DNA of 64,000 nucleotides, taken from a virus. The notes under the pieces were generated by a model that was not told the DNA's origin, made no database searches, and saw only the letters and a list, made by a program, of their open reading frames with translations. The first letter of the stretch is position 1; every line of letters begins with the position of its first letter. Shown in pieces: positions 43,821 to 53,315 of the stretch. The position numbers and the translations under genes are program-made. Where the stretch lies: positions 96,001 through 160,000 of the IMG/VR virus record IMGVR_UViG_3300027806_000001; one strand, 5' to 3'.

Positions 43821-44744
43821 TTACGGCTTCGGCGGCTCCAGGTCGGCCTTGGTGCGCAGCCCGTTCCGCTCCTTGATCTTGGCCACGATCTCCTTGGTCA
43901 GGTCGCTCTGCACCTTGGAGGCCAGGCCGTCCGGGCCGAAGATCCTGGCCTTCTCGTCGTCCGTCATGCTCTCCTTGAGGATCTCGATCATCTCGACGAT
44001 CTCCTTGACCGCGGCCTCCTTGCGGGTGCTGCTCAGGATGGTGCGGGCGATCAGGCCCGCGCCTCCGGCAAAGCCGATCACGACCAGCACCGCGCCCACC
44101 TTGGCGATCTCCTCCATGTAGTAGTGGGAGGCCGCCGCGAACCCCAGCATCATCACGCCGAGCAGGGCCATGGAGCCGCCGTAGCCCTTGTTGAGGAACA
44201 GGGCCACGGCGGCTCCCGCCGCCAGCAGTATGAACCCGATCACCCAGAACATCGTGATGTAGCCGTAGAGCTTCTCGAGGGCGGCGGCCCTGCCGGCCTC
44301 CAGGGCCGACTCGAGCTTGATCAGCTTGTCCTCCAGCTGGTCGACCTTGGTCACCAGCTCGGAGAGCTTGGCCGTCTCCTTGCGGAGCTTGCCGGCCTCG
44401 TCCTCGATGTTCTCCGCCCTGGCCTCGATCTTGTGCATGCCCTCCTGCACCGACTCCAGCGCAGGGCGCTGAGGCTCGGGCACGGACGGCAGGACCTCCT
44501 TGACGGACGCCTTCGCCGCCACGGCGGTCGCCTTGACCTCCACGGCATCCTGCTCGATCGAGCCGATGGAGGCGTTGGAGTGGTCGAGGACCGACTGCAG
44601 GCTGGTGCTGTTGGCCGCCGGCTTGTCGGCAAGCGGAACCGGCGGTTCCTGCTTCGGCGGGCCCTTGCAGGAGGCGAGGAAGCAGAGGCAGAGGACGAGG
44701 GCCGTCAGACCAGCCCGCACGAGAAAGCGATGAGTAGTGCCCAT
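43821..44744 (-). CDS. Lipoprotein with long coiled coil and C-terminal TM segments
   Basis: Lipobox FLASC; heptad region; about three hydrophobic helices. Confidence 0.7.
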   Translation of the reverse strand: MGTTHRFLVRAGLTALVLCLCFLASCKGPPKQEPPVPLADKPAANSTSLQSVLDHSNASIGSIEQDAVEVKATAVAAKASVKEVLPSVPEPQRPALESVQEGMHKIEARAENIEDEAGKLRKETAKLSELVTKVDQLEDKLIKLESALEAGRAAALEKLYGYITMFWVIGFILLAAGAAVALFLNKGYGGSMALLGVMMLGFAAASHYYMEEIAKVGAVLVVIGFAGGAGLIARTILSSTRKEAAVKEIVEMIEILKESMTDDEKARIFGPDGLASKVQSDLTKEIVAKIKERNGLRTKADLEPPKP

Positions 44745-44786
44745 GCCAGGAATATACCTGCGGCCCGGGCCAGAGTCCACCACGGC

Positions 44787-45971
44787 CTACGCATGGGGAG
44801 GCTCCTGCCTCGTCCAGGACGGGTCGGCCGTCACCGGGATCTCGATCCACTTCTTCTTGTCGCCCAGGGAAACCTTGCCCCAGGACTTGCTAGCCACCAC
44901 CAGGCGCTCGGAGGTCATGCCGCCTTGGCCCTTGCGGAGCGCCAGCTTCTGCTCCAGCTGCCGGGAGCCGCAGGCACGGCCTCGATAGTCGCTCAGCAGT
45001 TCGAGGCTGGTCATCGTGCTGAGCAGCCTGCGCCGCATTTCCTCGACCCTGGAGTCGGGCATGGAGATGCGCCGCGACTGGATGCGGCGGGCGGCATGCA
45101 CCAGGTCCAGCACGCCCTGCAGGGCGTGCACGGGGACAGGAGCCAGGTGATCGCCGGTCAGCAGCAGCTCCAGCAGCAGCCCGCCCTCCGAAAAGTCGGA
45201 GTGCATCAGCGACAACCTGAACGCCATGGGCAGCCTTTCCGACAGACCCGGCTTCCAGCAGTCCAGCATCCGGTCGAACGGCTCCAGCACCTCCGCGCAT
45301 GTCCTCACCTCGTCCGAGATGCCGGGACCGAATCCGGATCCGTCAGGAGCCAGCACGGCGGCCAACACGTCAGGATGGCTCAGGGCCCCCCAGAGGATCC
45401 CGTCGAAGAGACCCCTGAGGGAGCGTCTCTGCAGGATCTTGGCGGGCACATCGTCGGGACGCGAGGCCCAAAAGACCCCCATGGTCTGCCGGATCTGCTC
45501 GGCGTCGGTCAGCACCTTGCGGTTGCAGAACAGCACGTCGTGCGCAAACCTGAGCTGCGTCGCCCTGTCCATGTGCACGTTGTGGCAGAGTCCCCGGAAG
45601 GTGGTCCAGAAGAACATCGGGCGCCGGTTAGGCTGGTCCTCGGCGGCCCAGGCCGCGGAGATCATCCTGGAGACGAACTCCGGGTCGCACTCGCATCCGG
45701 CCAGGACCTGCCAGATCGACTTCTGCATGGCCGACGAGGAGGACAGCAGCCAGTCCCTGGACTCGACAGGGATCATCCCCCGCACAGCCTCCGGCAGCTT
45801 CACCTTCCGGTGGTCGCCGGGGCGGGCCGAGCACATCGTGTTCGTGAAATTGCAGTCTGGGCACTCCCCGCTGCATGCCTTATGGTCCGCGCCGATCTTC
45901 AGCGCGTAGACCCTCCAGTAGTCCTTGACCGGATAGGAGCACACCGGCGGCTCAGTCTTCGTTGCAGTCAT
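44787..45971 (-). CDS. Hypothetical protein with N-terminal Cys cluster
   Basis: CSGECPDCNFTNTMC. Confidence 0.6.
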   Translation of the reverse strand: MTATKTEPPVCSYPVKDYWRVYALKIGADHKACSGECPDCNFTNTMCSARPGDHRKVKLPEAVRGMIPVESRDWLLSSSSAMQKSIWQVLAGCECDPEFVSRMISAAWAAEDQPNRRPMFFWTTFRGLCHNVHMDRATQLRFAHDVLFCNRKVLTDAEQIRQTMGVFWASRPDDVPAKILQRRSLRGLFDGILWGALSHPDVLAAVLAPDGSGFGPGISDEVRTCAEVLEPFDRMLDCWKPGLSERLPMAFRLSLMHSDFSEGGLLLELLLTGDHLAPVPVHALQGVLDLVHAARRIQSRRISMPDSRVEEMRRRLLSTMTSLELLSDYRGRACGSRQLEQKLALRKGQGGMTSERLVVASKSWGKVSLGDKKKWIEIPVTADPSWTRQEPPHA

Positions 45972-46224
45972 GCGAATCCCTCCTTCTCTCTTTCTCGATC
46001 CTGGATATCACGGTCCGGGCCACGGATGCGGCCCCGAGCCTCACCAGGGAGCGCAGCGCCGGCGGAGGCGCCCGCAGCTCCCCGGATTCCGCCTGCCCCA
46101 CCAGCTGCTCCATGTAGGAGAGCATGGCGGTCAGGTCGTCGAGCGAGACCGCCTCGAGCTTGGAGTCGGCGGCGGACACCATCTGCTCGGCGCGGACCAT
46201 CAGCCTCATCTGGCTGGGCGTCAT
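45952..46224 (-). CDS. Small helical protein
   Basis: SD AAAGGA. Confidence 0.55.
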   Translation of the reverse strand: MTPSQMRLMVRAEQMVSAADSKLEAVSLDDLTAMLSYMEQLVGQAESGELRAPPPALRSLVRLGAASVARTVISRIEKERRRDSHDCNED

Positions 46225-46252
46225 CGCTTTCCTTTCGGGTTGTGTGTGCGGG

Positions 46253-46690
46253 TCACCTGGCCGACACGGCCAGGGAGACCACCTCGGCCCTCACGACGAC
46301 GGCGTCGGAGGCCCTCTCGACGGCGCAGGCCGAAGCCCGCACCCCGTCCTCCAGCTCCTCGGCCATGAGCTCGGCGCAGTCCCCGTCCTGCAGGACGGCC
46401 TCGACGCACCATTCCTCCAGCCGCGGACCGTGGGGGTCCCTGTACCTGACCACCACCAGATGCAGGATGTCCTTGGGCGAGGCCTCGAACTCCAGCTCCA
46501 GCTCTATGAAGTCGCCCCTGGGCTCCAGCAAGGTGAGGCCCAGGGGCGTGAAGTCGTGCAGCGGCCGGCGGTCGGACGAGGCGTCGAAGTCCTCGTCCAT
46601 GTCGTCCTCCAGGTCGAGGTCGTCGCAGTCCGGCTCCTCTTCTTCGGAGGAGATCTCGGAGTACCTGAGGTAGACGGTGCTGCTCTTCAT
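46253..46690 (-). CDS. Acidic hypothetical protein
   Basis: Very D/E-rich. Confidence 0.55.
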   Translation of the reverse strand: MKSSTVYLRYSEISSEEEEPDCDDLDLEDDMDEDFDASSDRRPLHDFTPLGLTLLEPRGDFIELELEFEASPKDILHLVVVRYRDPHGPRLEEWCVEAVLQDGDCAELMAEELEDGVRASACAVERASDAVVVRAEVVSLAVSAR

Positions 46691-46703
46691 CTGATGTCCG
46701 CGG

Positions 46704-47072
46704 TCACTTGGTCTTGGACTTCGACTCGGGGACGAAGACCGTGCTCTCCGAGCAGCCTGCCGAGCAGCTGCCGCGGACGTAGCCGATGGCCTGGGTGGAC
46801 ACCGAGTAGATCCAGCCGCCCTCGACCTTGAGCCGGCGGGTGGTGCGGCGGAACGCGTTGGTGGCGTCCCCGAAGCGGCCGACGTTGAAGGTCTCGCTCC
46901 CGAGGTTCTCCCATTCCGCTTCCGAAGCCGCGGCGGGCTCGGCCTGAGGCTCCGGCGCCGGGGACGTCTCCGGGGCGAACGCCGCCTTCTCCGTGGGGCT
47001 CATGTGCGGCGAGGCCGTCGCCTTGAGCGGGGTCTCAGAGATGTTTCCTGTGGTGATCGACTGCATGGGCAT
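46704..47072 (-). CDS. Hypothetical protein
   Basis: Start trimmed to MPMQS; TRRLKVEGGWI motif recalled from small phage proteins. Confidence 0.6.
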   Translation of the reverse strand: MPMQSITTGNISETPLKATASPHMSPTEKAAFAPETSPAPEPQAEPAAASEAEWENLGSETFNVGRFGDATNAFRRTTRRLKVEGGWIYSVSTQAIGYVRGSCSAGCSESTVFVPESKSKTK

Positions 47073-47074
47073 GG

Positions 47075-48100
47075 CTATTCTCCTGTTTTTCCGAAGGCCG
47101 ATTCGAGCGGCTCTTGCGCCAGTGTAGCGACTGGCGCCTGGCTTGCAACATCCGTCGCCCGGACCTTCCGGGGATCGGTGACTAGAAAGATCCTCCTGCG
47201 GGCGTGCACGTCGGCCCTGTACCTCTCCAGGCAATGCAGGGTGGAGCTGGACTCCAGCAGGTGGCTCGAGGCGGCGAGGACCAGGGGACAGCAGTCCATG
47301 GCCCTGCGCACCCCGTCGGCCAGGTCGACCGCGGTCCTGACGGTGACCTCGCGGCCGGCCTTCTGCAGGGCCAGCCGCAGGCGTCCGAGCCTCCTCCTGA
47401 CCGGCTGGAGCCTGTCGCGGTGCACGAGCACGAGGTACGAGTTGACGTTGTGGGGCACGGTTTCCAGCAGCGCGGCGCCGGTGGTCCTCGCCGCCAGGGA
47501 CTCCCTGGAGTCCAGGCAGGCCCTCACGTGCCGGAGGATGTCGGGCTTCCGGGCCGGCTCGTAGCCCGCCATCGTCTCCCTGAACGGAATCTCCTCGCGG
47601 ACGACCAGGGCCTCCACCTCCTCGCCCCAGGGCTGCAGCTCGGAGACCTTGTCGAACAGGGCCAGCGCCGACCGCATGTGGCAGTGCGGGCAGAAGACGG
47701 ACCGGCAAGGGTGCCCTCCGGTGCCGCCGGCACGGAAGCCCATCGGGGCGCAGGTCTCGAGCCGGACCATGTTCTTGTTGTCCTTGCAGTCCATCTTGCT
47801 CCAGGCCCGGTACACGAAGCTCCGCCAGAAGGCTCCCATGGCTGCGCGGGTGATCGTGGACCTGCGGAGGTGCCACGGAGCGTTGGCCAGCAGGGCGGTT
47901 CCGCCGGGTATCAGCCTGTCGATGTTGGCCTTCTTCCTGGTGGGCGGCACCAGGTAGCTCTGCACCGCCAGGTTGGGGCGGCCCTTCAGCGAGTCGAACA
48001 GGTCGCTCAGCACGTCGCCGAGCATCGGGGACAGGCCGACGGGCATGCGCACGAGCGACACCGTCGGAAAGAACGGCTCCGCTTCCTCTTCCACGTTCAT
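47075..48100 (-). CDS. Hypothetical protein with Cys cluster
   Basis: HPCRSVFCPHCH. Confidence 0.6.
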   Translation of the reverse strand: MNVEEEAEPFFPTVSLVRMPVGLSPMLGDVLSDLFDSLKGRPNLAVQSYLVPPTRKKANIDRLIPGGTALLANAPWHLRRSTITRAAMGAFWRSFVYRAWSKMDCKDNKNMVRLETCAPMGFRAGGTGGHPCRSVFCPHCHMRSALALFDKVSELQPWGEEVEALVVREEIPFRETMAGYEPARKPDILRHVRACLDSRESLAARTTGAALLETVPHNVNSYLVLVHRDRLQPVRRRLGRLRLALQKAGREVTVRTAVDLADGVRRAMDCCPLVLAASSHLLESSSTLHCLERYRADVHARRRIFLVTDPRKVRATDVASQAPVATLAQEPLESAFGKTGE

Positions 48101-48116
48101 GCTTCCTCTCTCTTTC

Positions 48117-50693
48117 TTAGGCCGGCAGCTGGACCACGATGATGTTGCCGACTCCTACGTTGTAGTTCAGGGTGATGGACGTCGCCGTGCCGTAGGCCGC
48201 CTGCCTCACCGACGACGCGTTGGCCTGCTTGGCCAGCAGGACGCCCGCCACGTAGACCTGGCACTTGGGATTCGTCGCGAAGTTCGAAGGCACGACCAGG
48301 GCGCCCGGGCTGGACGCGGACTCGTACACCAGCGTCCCCGTGTTCGCCAGGTACACCAGCTGGGTGTCGAACACCGACAGGGTGAGCGGGTTGGCCGAGG
48401 TCCATCCGATCGGCAAGGATACAACGCGGAACGATATCTCGACGATCGCGTTGACGAGTCCGTCGACGTAGCCCTTGGTGGCGGCGTCGGTGGACGCGGT
48501 CGGGGTTCCGACCTCGGAGATCTTGTTGCCGTGCGCCGTGGCGCCGGTGGACGTCGCGGAGAACCTGGTGGTGCCGTTGACGAACAGCGAGCAGTAGCTG
48601 CCTCGGGTCTGCCCCAGGCCGGTGGTGGACTCTCCGGAGAACGAGTAGGTCGGAGTGCCGCTGGTCGACGTGCCTCCGTACGTGGCGATCGAGTTGTTCA
48701 GGTACACCAGCGGGGTGTTGAATCCCCCGCCGGCTCCGGTGAGGGTCGGACCGGTCATGTTCAGCCGGAAGAGGGGATTGCCGCTGAGCGAGAATCCGAT
48801 CTCCGAGCTGGAGTTGGTCATGTACATGGCCAGGGGGCCACGCGACAGCAGGGGATCCGTCGCCGTCGTGTCGATCTCCACGGACAGGCCGCCCGTGAGG
48901 GGCACCGTGCCGTCCGCCCTCAGCAGCCCTGAGGACAGCGTGGAGAACGGCACCCAGGAGGACGTCGTTCCGGACAGCTGCAGCACGCCGCCGTCCAGGC
49001 TGTTCTCCGGCAGCGGGAAGACCGAGTTGGCCGCGGAGACCGGCGCCTTGACCTGGGCCAGGCCGCCGCCGGACGTCAGCAGGTTGATCCTGCCGGGGCT
49101 GGAGACGGAGCCCACGGCCAGGGAACCTCCCTGGTACCGGAGGTTGGGTTCCTCGACGTACCCGGTGCCGGCGACGGCGATGGCCAGCGCGCCGGCCACC
49201 GTGGCGCCCGGGATCCGGCCGTCCACGTACGCCTTGGTGGCCGCGTCCTGGCTCAGCGTAGGGGTGGCCAGGTTGGAGATCTTGAGGCTCTCCATCGACA
49301 TGCCGCCGCTGTTGAACTCGACGACCTTGGCGCCCTGGACAGCCACTCCCATGGCATTGGTGGACGCCCTGAAGACGCCCAGGCCGGTGGCCGATGGGAA
49401 CGTGTAGGCTGGCTTGGTCGGGTCGTTCTCTCCGACCGTCGCGTCGATGAGGATCTTGGCGGAGGCCGAGGCGCCCCCGGCGGCCGGCTCGATGCTGGTG
49501 GCCGAGATCTTGGCCGTGGCCGCGCCGCCTAGGATCACCTGGACGTCCGTGCCGCCGGAGATGAGGCCGGCGGTGCCGATGTTCAGCGCCGGCTTGATCA
49601 CGCTGCCTGCGGCGACGCTCAGGGTCGACGACGGCTGGAGGGCGAAGTCCTTGTTTGCCTCTGCTGTGTTGACCGTCGAGACGATCGCCTGGCTGCCGAT
49701 GAAGCGCTGGCCGGAGGCCGAGATCAGCACGATGCCGTCCGAGGACGAGTCGTACCAGATCGATCCCACGGGGTTGGAGTTCGGGTCGATCAGGCTGGCG
49801 GAGGCCAGGGCCAGGCCGGTGTTCATCTGCAGGTACGGCGCGACGGAGTTGCCTCCCACGTTGGCCGGCTTGACCGCGCGCCAGACCTCGGCGCCGTCCA
49901 CCTGCATGACCAGGCGCCGGGCCGCGGCGCCCAGGTTGCCCGGGGTCACGAAGCCGAAGCCGGTGTCGTACGACGACGAATAGATCGAGCCGTAGCCGCT
50001 GAGCACCAGGGACAGCGCCGAGGTCGTGGACGCCGGCAGCGCAAAGGGCTTGGTGTTGGCCAGGTAGTACTGGGCCTGGTCGCCGAGCACCGGCTCGGGC
50101 ATGGGCTGCCAGGACGAGGTGGCCCCGCTGTTCACCAGCACGTAGCCGGGAATCATGGCCGAGGCCGCAGGCAAGGTGTAGGCCGTGCCGCCCGTGCCGA
50201 TCCGCAGCCTGTTGACCTCGAAATGGGCGGAGCCGGTCATCGTGACCGACGCCGAGTCAGCCGTGACCGTCAGGCTGTTGACGACGTGGTTCTCGGCCAG
50301 GTCGCCCGAGGTGCTGGTCTGCGAGAACGTGACGCTGTCCACCACGGTGCCGCCGGTGGTGGTGGCGGCCACCCTCAGGTTCTGCAGGTTGGACGAGCCG
50401 TCCAGCAGCCTCAGGGTGAGGTCGGACTCCAGCCTGAGGACCTGGTTGGACGCGAGGTAGGCGTCCATCACGGCCTGGACGTTGATCAGGCTGGGCAGCG
50501 AGGCGTAGGCCAGGACCGGGCCGGCCGCCACGGACAGCACCTGTCCCACGGACCCGATCGCAGGCAACGGGTTCGTCACCTGGTTCAGGACGTAGTCGAA
50601 GTTGTCCGCGGCGGCCAGGGCCAGGCCGTTGTGGGCGTCGAGGAGGCCCTTGTCGGACAGCGTGACGAACTGCTTGGTCGGGGTCAGTGACAT
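48117..50693 (-). CDS. Tail-fibre / virion appendage-like protein
   Basis: 858 aa, S/T/G-rich and beta-rich; two DAATKxYVDG repeats typical of phage fibres. Confidence 0.7.
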   Translation of the reverse strand: MSLTPTKQFVTLSDKGLLDAHNGLALAAADNFDYVLNQVTNPLPAIGSVGQVLSVAAGPVLAYASLPSLINVQAVMDAYLASNQVLRLESDLTLRLLDGSSNLQNLRVAATTTGGTVVDSVTFSQTSTSGDLAENHVVNSLTVTADSASVTMTGSAHFEVNRLRIGTGGTAYTLPAASAMIPGYVLVNSGATSSWQPMPEPVLGDQAQYYLANTKPFALPASTTSALSLVLSGYGSIYSSSYDTGFGFVTPGNLGAAARRLVMQVDGAEVWRAVKPANVGGNSVAPYLQMNTGLALASASLIDPNSNPVGSIWYDSSSDGIVLISASGQRFIGSQAIVSTVNTAEANKDFALQPSSTLSVAAGSVIKPALNIGTAGLISGGTDVQVILGGAATAKISATSIEPAAGGASASAKILIDATVGENDPTKPAYTFPSATGLGVFRASTNAMGVAVQGAKVVEFNSGGMSMESLKISNLATPTLSQDAATKAYVDGRIPGATVAGALAIAVAGTGYVEEPNLRYQGGSLAVGSVSSPGRINLLTSGGGLAQVKAPVSAANSVFPLPENSLDGGVLQLSGTTSSWVPFSTLSSGLLRADGTVPLTGGLSVEIDTTATDPLLSRGPLAMYMTNSSSEIGFSLSGNPLFRLNMTGPTLTGAGGGFNTPLVYLNNSIATYGGTSTSGTPTYSFSGESTTGLGQTRGSYCSLFVNGTTRFSATSTGATAHGNKISEVGTPTASTDAATKGYVDGLVNAIVEISFRVVSLPIGWTSANPLTLSVFDTQLVYLANTGTLVYESASSPGALVVPSNFATNPKCQVYVAGVLLAKQANASSVRQAAYGTATSITLNYNVGVGNIIVVQLPA

Positions 50694-50705
50694 GGTCCGG
50701 CTATT

Positions 50706-50879
50706 TTACTTCTTTTTCATCTTGGCGCGGATCTCGTCCATCACCCGCTCCAGCTCCCGGATCTCCACGATCTCTCGGCCCGAACCGCGGACGATCCTGA
50801 CCGAGTCCATCCTGGAGTCGACCTGGTCCGGATGGGTGGCTCGGTTCTTTTTTCCTTCCACGGCCTGCTCCTCGATCAT
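50706..50879 (-). CDS. Small hypothetical protein
   Basis: Start trimmed to MIEEQ. Confidence 0.45.
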   Translation of the reverse strand: MIEEQAVEGKKNRATHPDQVDSRMDSVRIVRGSGREIVEIRELERVMDEIRAKMKKK

Positions 50880-51247
50880 AGGGGCTTCCTCCGGGTCTTC
50901 CTGACGTACACCTTTCCGTTCGGCTCCATCACGACCAGACCGGCCGACGAGACCGGCCTGCCGGCCAGGTCGACGAAGGTGGAGTGCAGGTACGGGTTGT
51001 ACCTGATGCGGCACCTGGGCCTGCCGGTGCGCGAGCCGGGCTCCAGTACCCCCACCGCTCCGGCATGGACGTTCTTCTGCCGCGTGAGCAGGACGCGCTG
51101 CCTGCCCGCCTCCGAGACCTTGAACACGGCGTCAGACAGGACCACCCGGGCAGCATGGGCGACTACCCTCCCCGTCGCCGTGTCCTTCACCGACCAGCAC
51201 CTCCGGTTGAGGTTCCAGTACACCATCGACGTCTTTCGTGTCGTCAC
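50876..51247 (-). CDS. Conserved phage hypothetical protein
   Basis: VYWNL...CWSVK...V.EAGRQRVL..RQKNVHAG...YNPY pattern. Confidence 0.75.
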   Translation of the reverse strand: MTTRKTSMVYWNLNRRCWSVKDTATGRVVAHAARVVLSDAVFKVSEAGRQRVLLTRQKNVHAGAVGVLEPGSRTGRPRCRIRYNPYLHSTFVDLAGRPVSSAGLVVMEPNGKVYVRKTRRKPL

Positions 51248-51728
51248 ATCGCCGCTCCTGTTCTGGCCTGGTCGCCTGGTAGGCGGGCAGGTCGTTGTAT
51301 TCCGCAGGCCACAGCCCGCGGGCGATCATCTCCTGGCCGTGCATGATGGCGTCCAGGTTGAATGCGCAGTGCGCCGCATGGTCCTCGTCCGTCATCCCCA
51401 TCATGAACTGGAGCAGATGCCGGTTTGCGGACGCCAGGAAGACCGAGAGGGGCATGCCCTTCTCCCAGTTCCGCTCCCCGTACTTGACCGCACCAAGGGC
51501 CATCACCCGGGCCTTCCTCATCGTGGCGAAGGGGCTCAGCAGGTCCGGACGCGGCTTGCCCTCCGCGCTGTCCCGCTGAGCCCCCGATGAGAACTTCCGG
51601 CCGTCGTTGGAGGCGTTGAAGCCGAAGTCCCTGGACGGCGCCTGCGGGCCCCTGAGGGCGGATGTCAGGCGGCCGGTGGCCATTCCAAGGTCTAGGTGAC
51701 GGCCCGGCTGTTCCGAATTCTGTGCCAT
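51132..51728 (-). CDS. dATP/dGTP diphosphohydrolase-like protein (DUF5664)
   Basis: GAQRD..EGKPRPDLL, GAVKYGERNWEKG, RHL, EDHAAH..FN. Confidence 0.8.
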   Translation of the reverse strand: MAQNSEQPGRHLDLGMATGRLTSALRGPQAPSRDFGFNASNDGRKFSSGAQRDSAEGKPRPDLLSPFATMRKARVMALGAVKYGERNWEKGMPLSVFLASANRHLLQFMMGMTDEDHAAHCAFNLDAIMHGQEMIARGLWPAEYNDLPAYQATRPEQERRCDDTKDVDGVLEPQPEVLVGEGHGDGEGSRPCCPGGPV

Positions 51729-51749
51729 TGGGTCTTCCTGAGTGCCGGA

Positions 51750-51989
51750 TCAGTAGAAGTTGTCCTGGGGGGCGACGTGAACCTGCTCCTGCTTCAGGCC
51801 CGGCACGGTGCGCAGAAACAGGACCCAGGCGTCTCCCCGGCGCTCCCTTGCGAGCTCCGGATTATCGAAAATGTAATCCGGATGCCGCAGATAGTCAACC
51901 AGGAAGCCGCCCCTTTCGTAGGCCAGCACCCATTTGACCGGGGTTCGTTCTGGTTTTCTTCTCATCGGGGAAGGGCCTCTGGCCCGCAT
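51750..51989 (-). CDS. Small hypothetical protein
   Basis: Fills a gap; overlaps the upstream ORF end. Confidence 0.4.
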   Translation of the reverse strand: MRARGPSPMRRKPERTPVKWVLAYERGGFLVDYLRHPDYIFDNPELARERRGDAWVLFLRTVPGLKQEQVHVAPQDNFY

Positions 51990-52419
51990 GCCTCAGCACC
52001 AGCTTGCACTTCTCCTGGAGCTCGGCCAACCTGGCCGCGTCCACGGTCGCCAGGCCATCCTCCACCTCGGCGCCCGCCCCCATCCGGCACACATCATACA
52101 GGATGTCGAAGATGCCGGACATGGAGATCCTGGGCTCCAGGCACAGGTCCTCGTCCTCGTAGGGCTTGGACCCTACCCGGACGCCGAGGATGGACAGGCC
52201 GGTCACGGACGGGGAGTCCAGCCAGCCCGCCAGCTCGTCGAACAGGCAGTTCTCGAGGTTGTGCCTGGCGGGGTTGCGCCCCAGGGCCATGCGGCCCTGG
52301 CACTTCGGCGCGTACTCCTTGAGCACGTAGTGGTTGAACGCCGCGGCGCTGGTGATGGCCCCGTCGATCGTGAACCCGATTCCGTCCTTCAGCGCGATGC
52401 GCTCCGGTTCATCCGGCAT
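51895..52419 (-). CDS. Hypothetical protein
   Basis: SD GAGGAG. Confidence 0.6.
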   Translation of the reverse strand: MPDEPERIALKDGIGFTIDGAITSAAAFNHYVLKEYAPKCQGRMALGRNPARHNLENCLFDELAGWLDSPSVTGLSILGVRVGSKPYEDEDLCLEPRISMSGIFDILYDVCRMGAGAEVEDGLATVDAARLAELQEKCKLVLRHAGQRPFPDEKKTRTNPGQMGAGLRKGRLPG

Positions 52420-52651
52420 TTGACTCCTCCCCTGTGTCGGCTCGGTGCTGCCTGGAGAGCTGCCTGGCGAACGCGGTCACAGGCTCCAGCTCGTGCACGT
52501 AGACCGGAACGGTGCGCCCGGTCGACTTCCACTCCTCGGTCGCGTGGCACCACTCCTCGATCCAGGCCTCGCCGACGTGGCATTCGTCTTCGTACTGAAC
52601 CTGCATCCGCACGCTCTTGTGCTCCTCGCCCAGCGTGAACTTCGCGATCAT
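52409..52651 (-). CDS. Small hypothetical protein
   Basis: Start trimmed to MIAKF. Confidence 0.55.
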   Translation of the reverse strand: MIAKFTLGEEHKSVRMQVQYEDECHVGEAWIEEWCHATEEWKSTGRTVPVYVHELEPVTAFARQLSRQHRADTGEESNAG

Positions 52652-52947
52652 GGCTCCTCCTTCACGTCGGTCAGGGTCTCGGCGTCCAGCACGGGCCGGC
52701 GGCCGGCCTGGGCGACCTTTTCCAGGTAATCCATGAGATCCTTCCTCGACTCCGCCGCCAGATGGCAGGGCCGGCAGGCCCACCCCATCGGCTTGCCGTC
52801 CTTCCTGTAGAACACCTCGTGGACGCTGTAGGTCTCCGCGCCCTCCTCGTCGACGGTCCTCATGATCCTGCAGTTCCAGTGTCCGCTCGAGCAGTCCAGC
52901 CCCTGCAGCCTGGGATTGGCAGGAGCCTGGTCGGATTCATCCTTCAT
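52648..52947 (-). CDS. Conserved phage hypothetical protein
   Basis: WNCRIM...YSVHEVFY..DG pattern. Confidence 0.65.
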   Translation of the reverse strand: MKDESDQAPANPRLQGLDCSSGHWNCRIMRTVDEEGAETYSVHEVFYRKDGKPMGWACRPCHLAAESRKDLMDYLEKVAQAGRRPVLDAETLTDVKEEP

Positions 52948-53315
52948 CGTCTCACCTTGTTCCTTCTGTGCGTCACGTCGCACCACTCCCTGTTGGGTCC
53001 CCTGACGCTCAGCCGCACGACCTCCATGGTCAGCGCGTCCGTGGTCAGCTCGATCGAATGCAGGTCGCTCCGCTCCTTGGCCAGCCTGGCGACCGCCCGG
53101 GAGGTCACGACCCAGATGTACCTGCCGTGCTTCTCGCCGTAGTTCCACAGCCAGTCGCGGTCCCTGTGCGCCTGCGCCACGGAGCCGTACGGCCCCCTGA
53201 GCACCTGTTCGGCCTCCGGCAGCATGTCGAGGCTCCAGACGCCGTCGTCCAGCTCCGCAGCCTCCTCCGCGAACCTCCGGCAGAACTCGATGCCCGGCAC
53301 TATCACGTTCCTCAC
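52944..53315 (-). CDS. Hypothetical protein
   Basis: Likely GTG start after GGAGG. Confidence 0.5.
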   Translation of the reverse strand: MRNVIVPGIEFCRRFAEEAAELDDGVWSLDMLPEAEQVLRGPYGSVAQAHRDRDWLWNYGEKHGRYIWVVTSRAVARLAKERSDLHSIELTTDALTMEVVRLSVRGPNREWCDVTHRRNKVRR

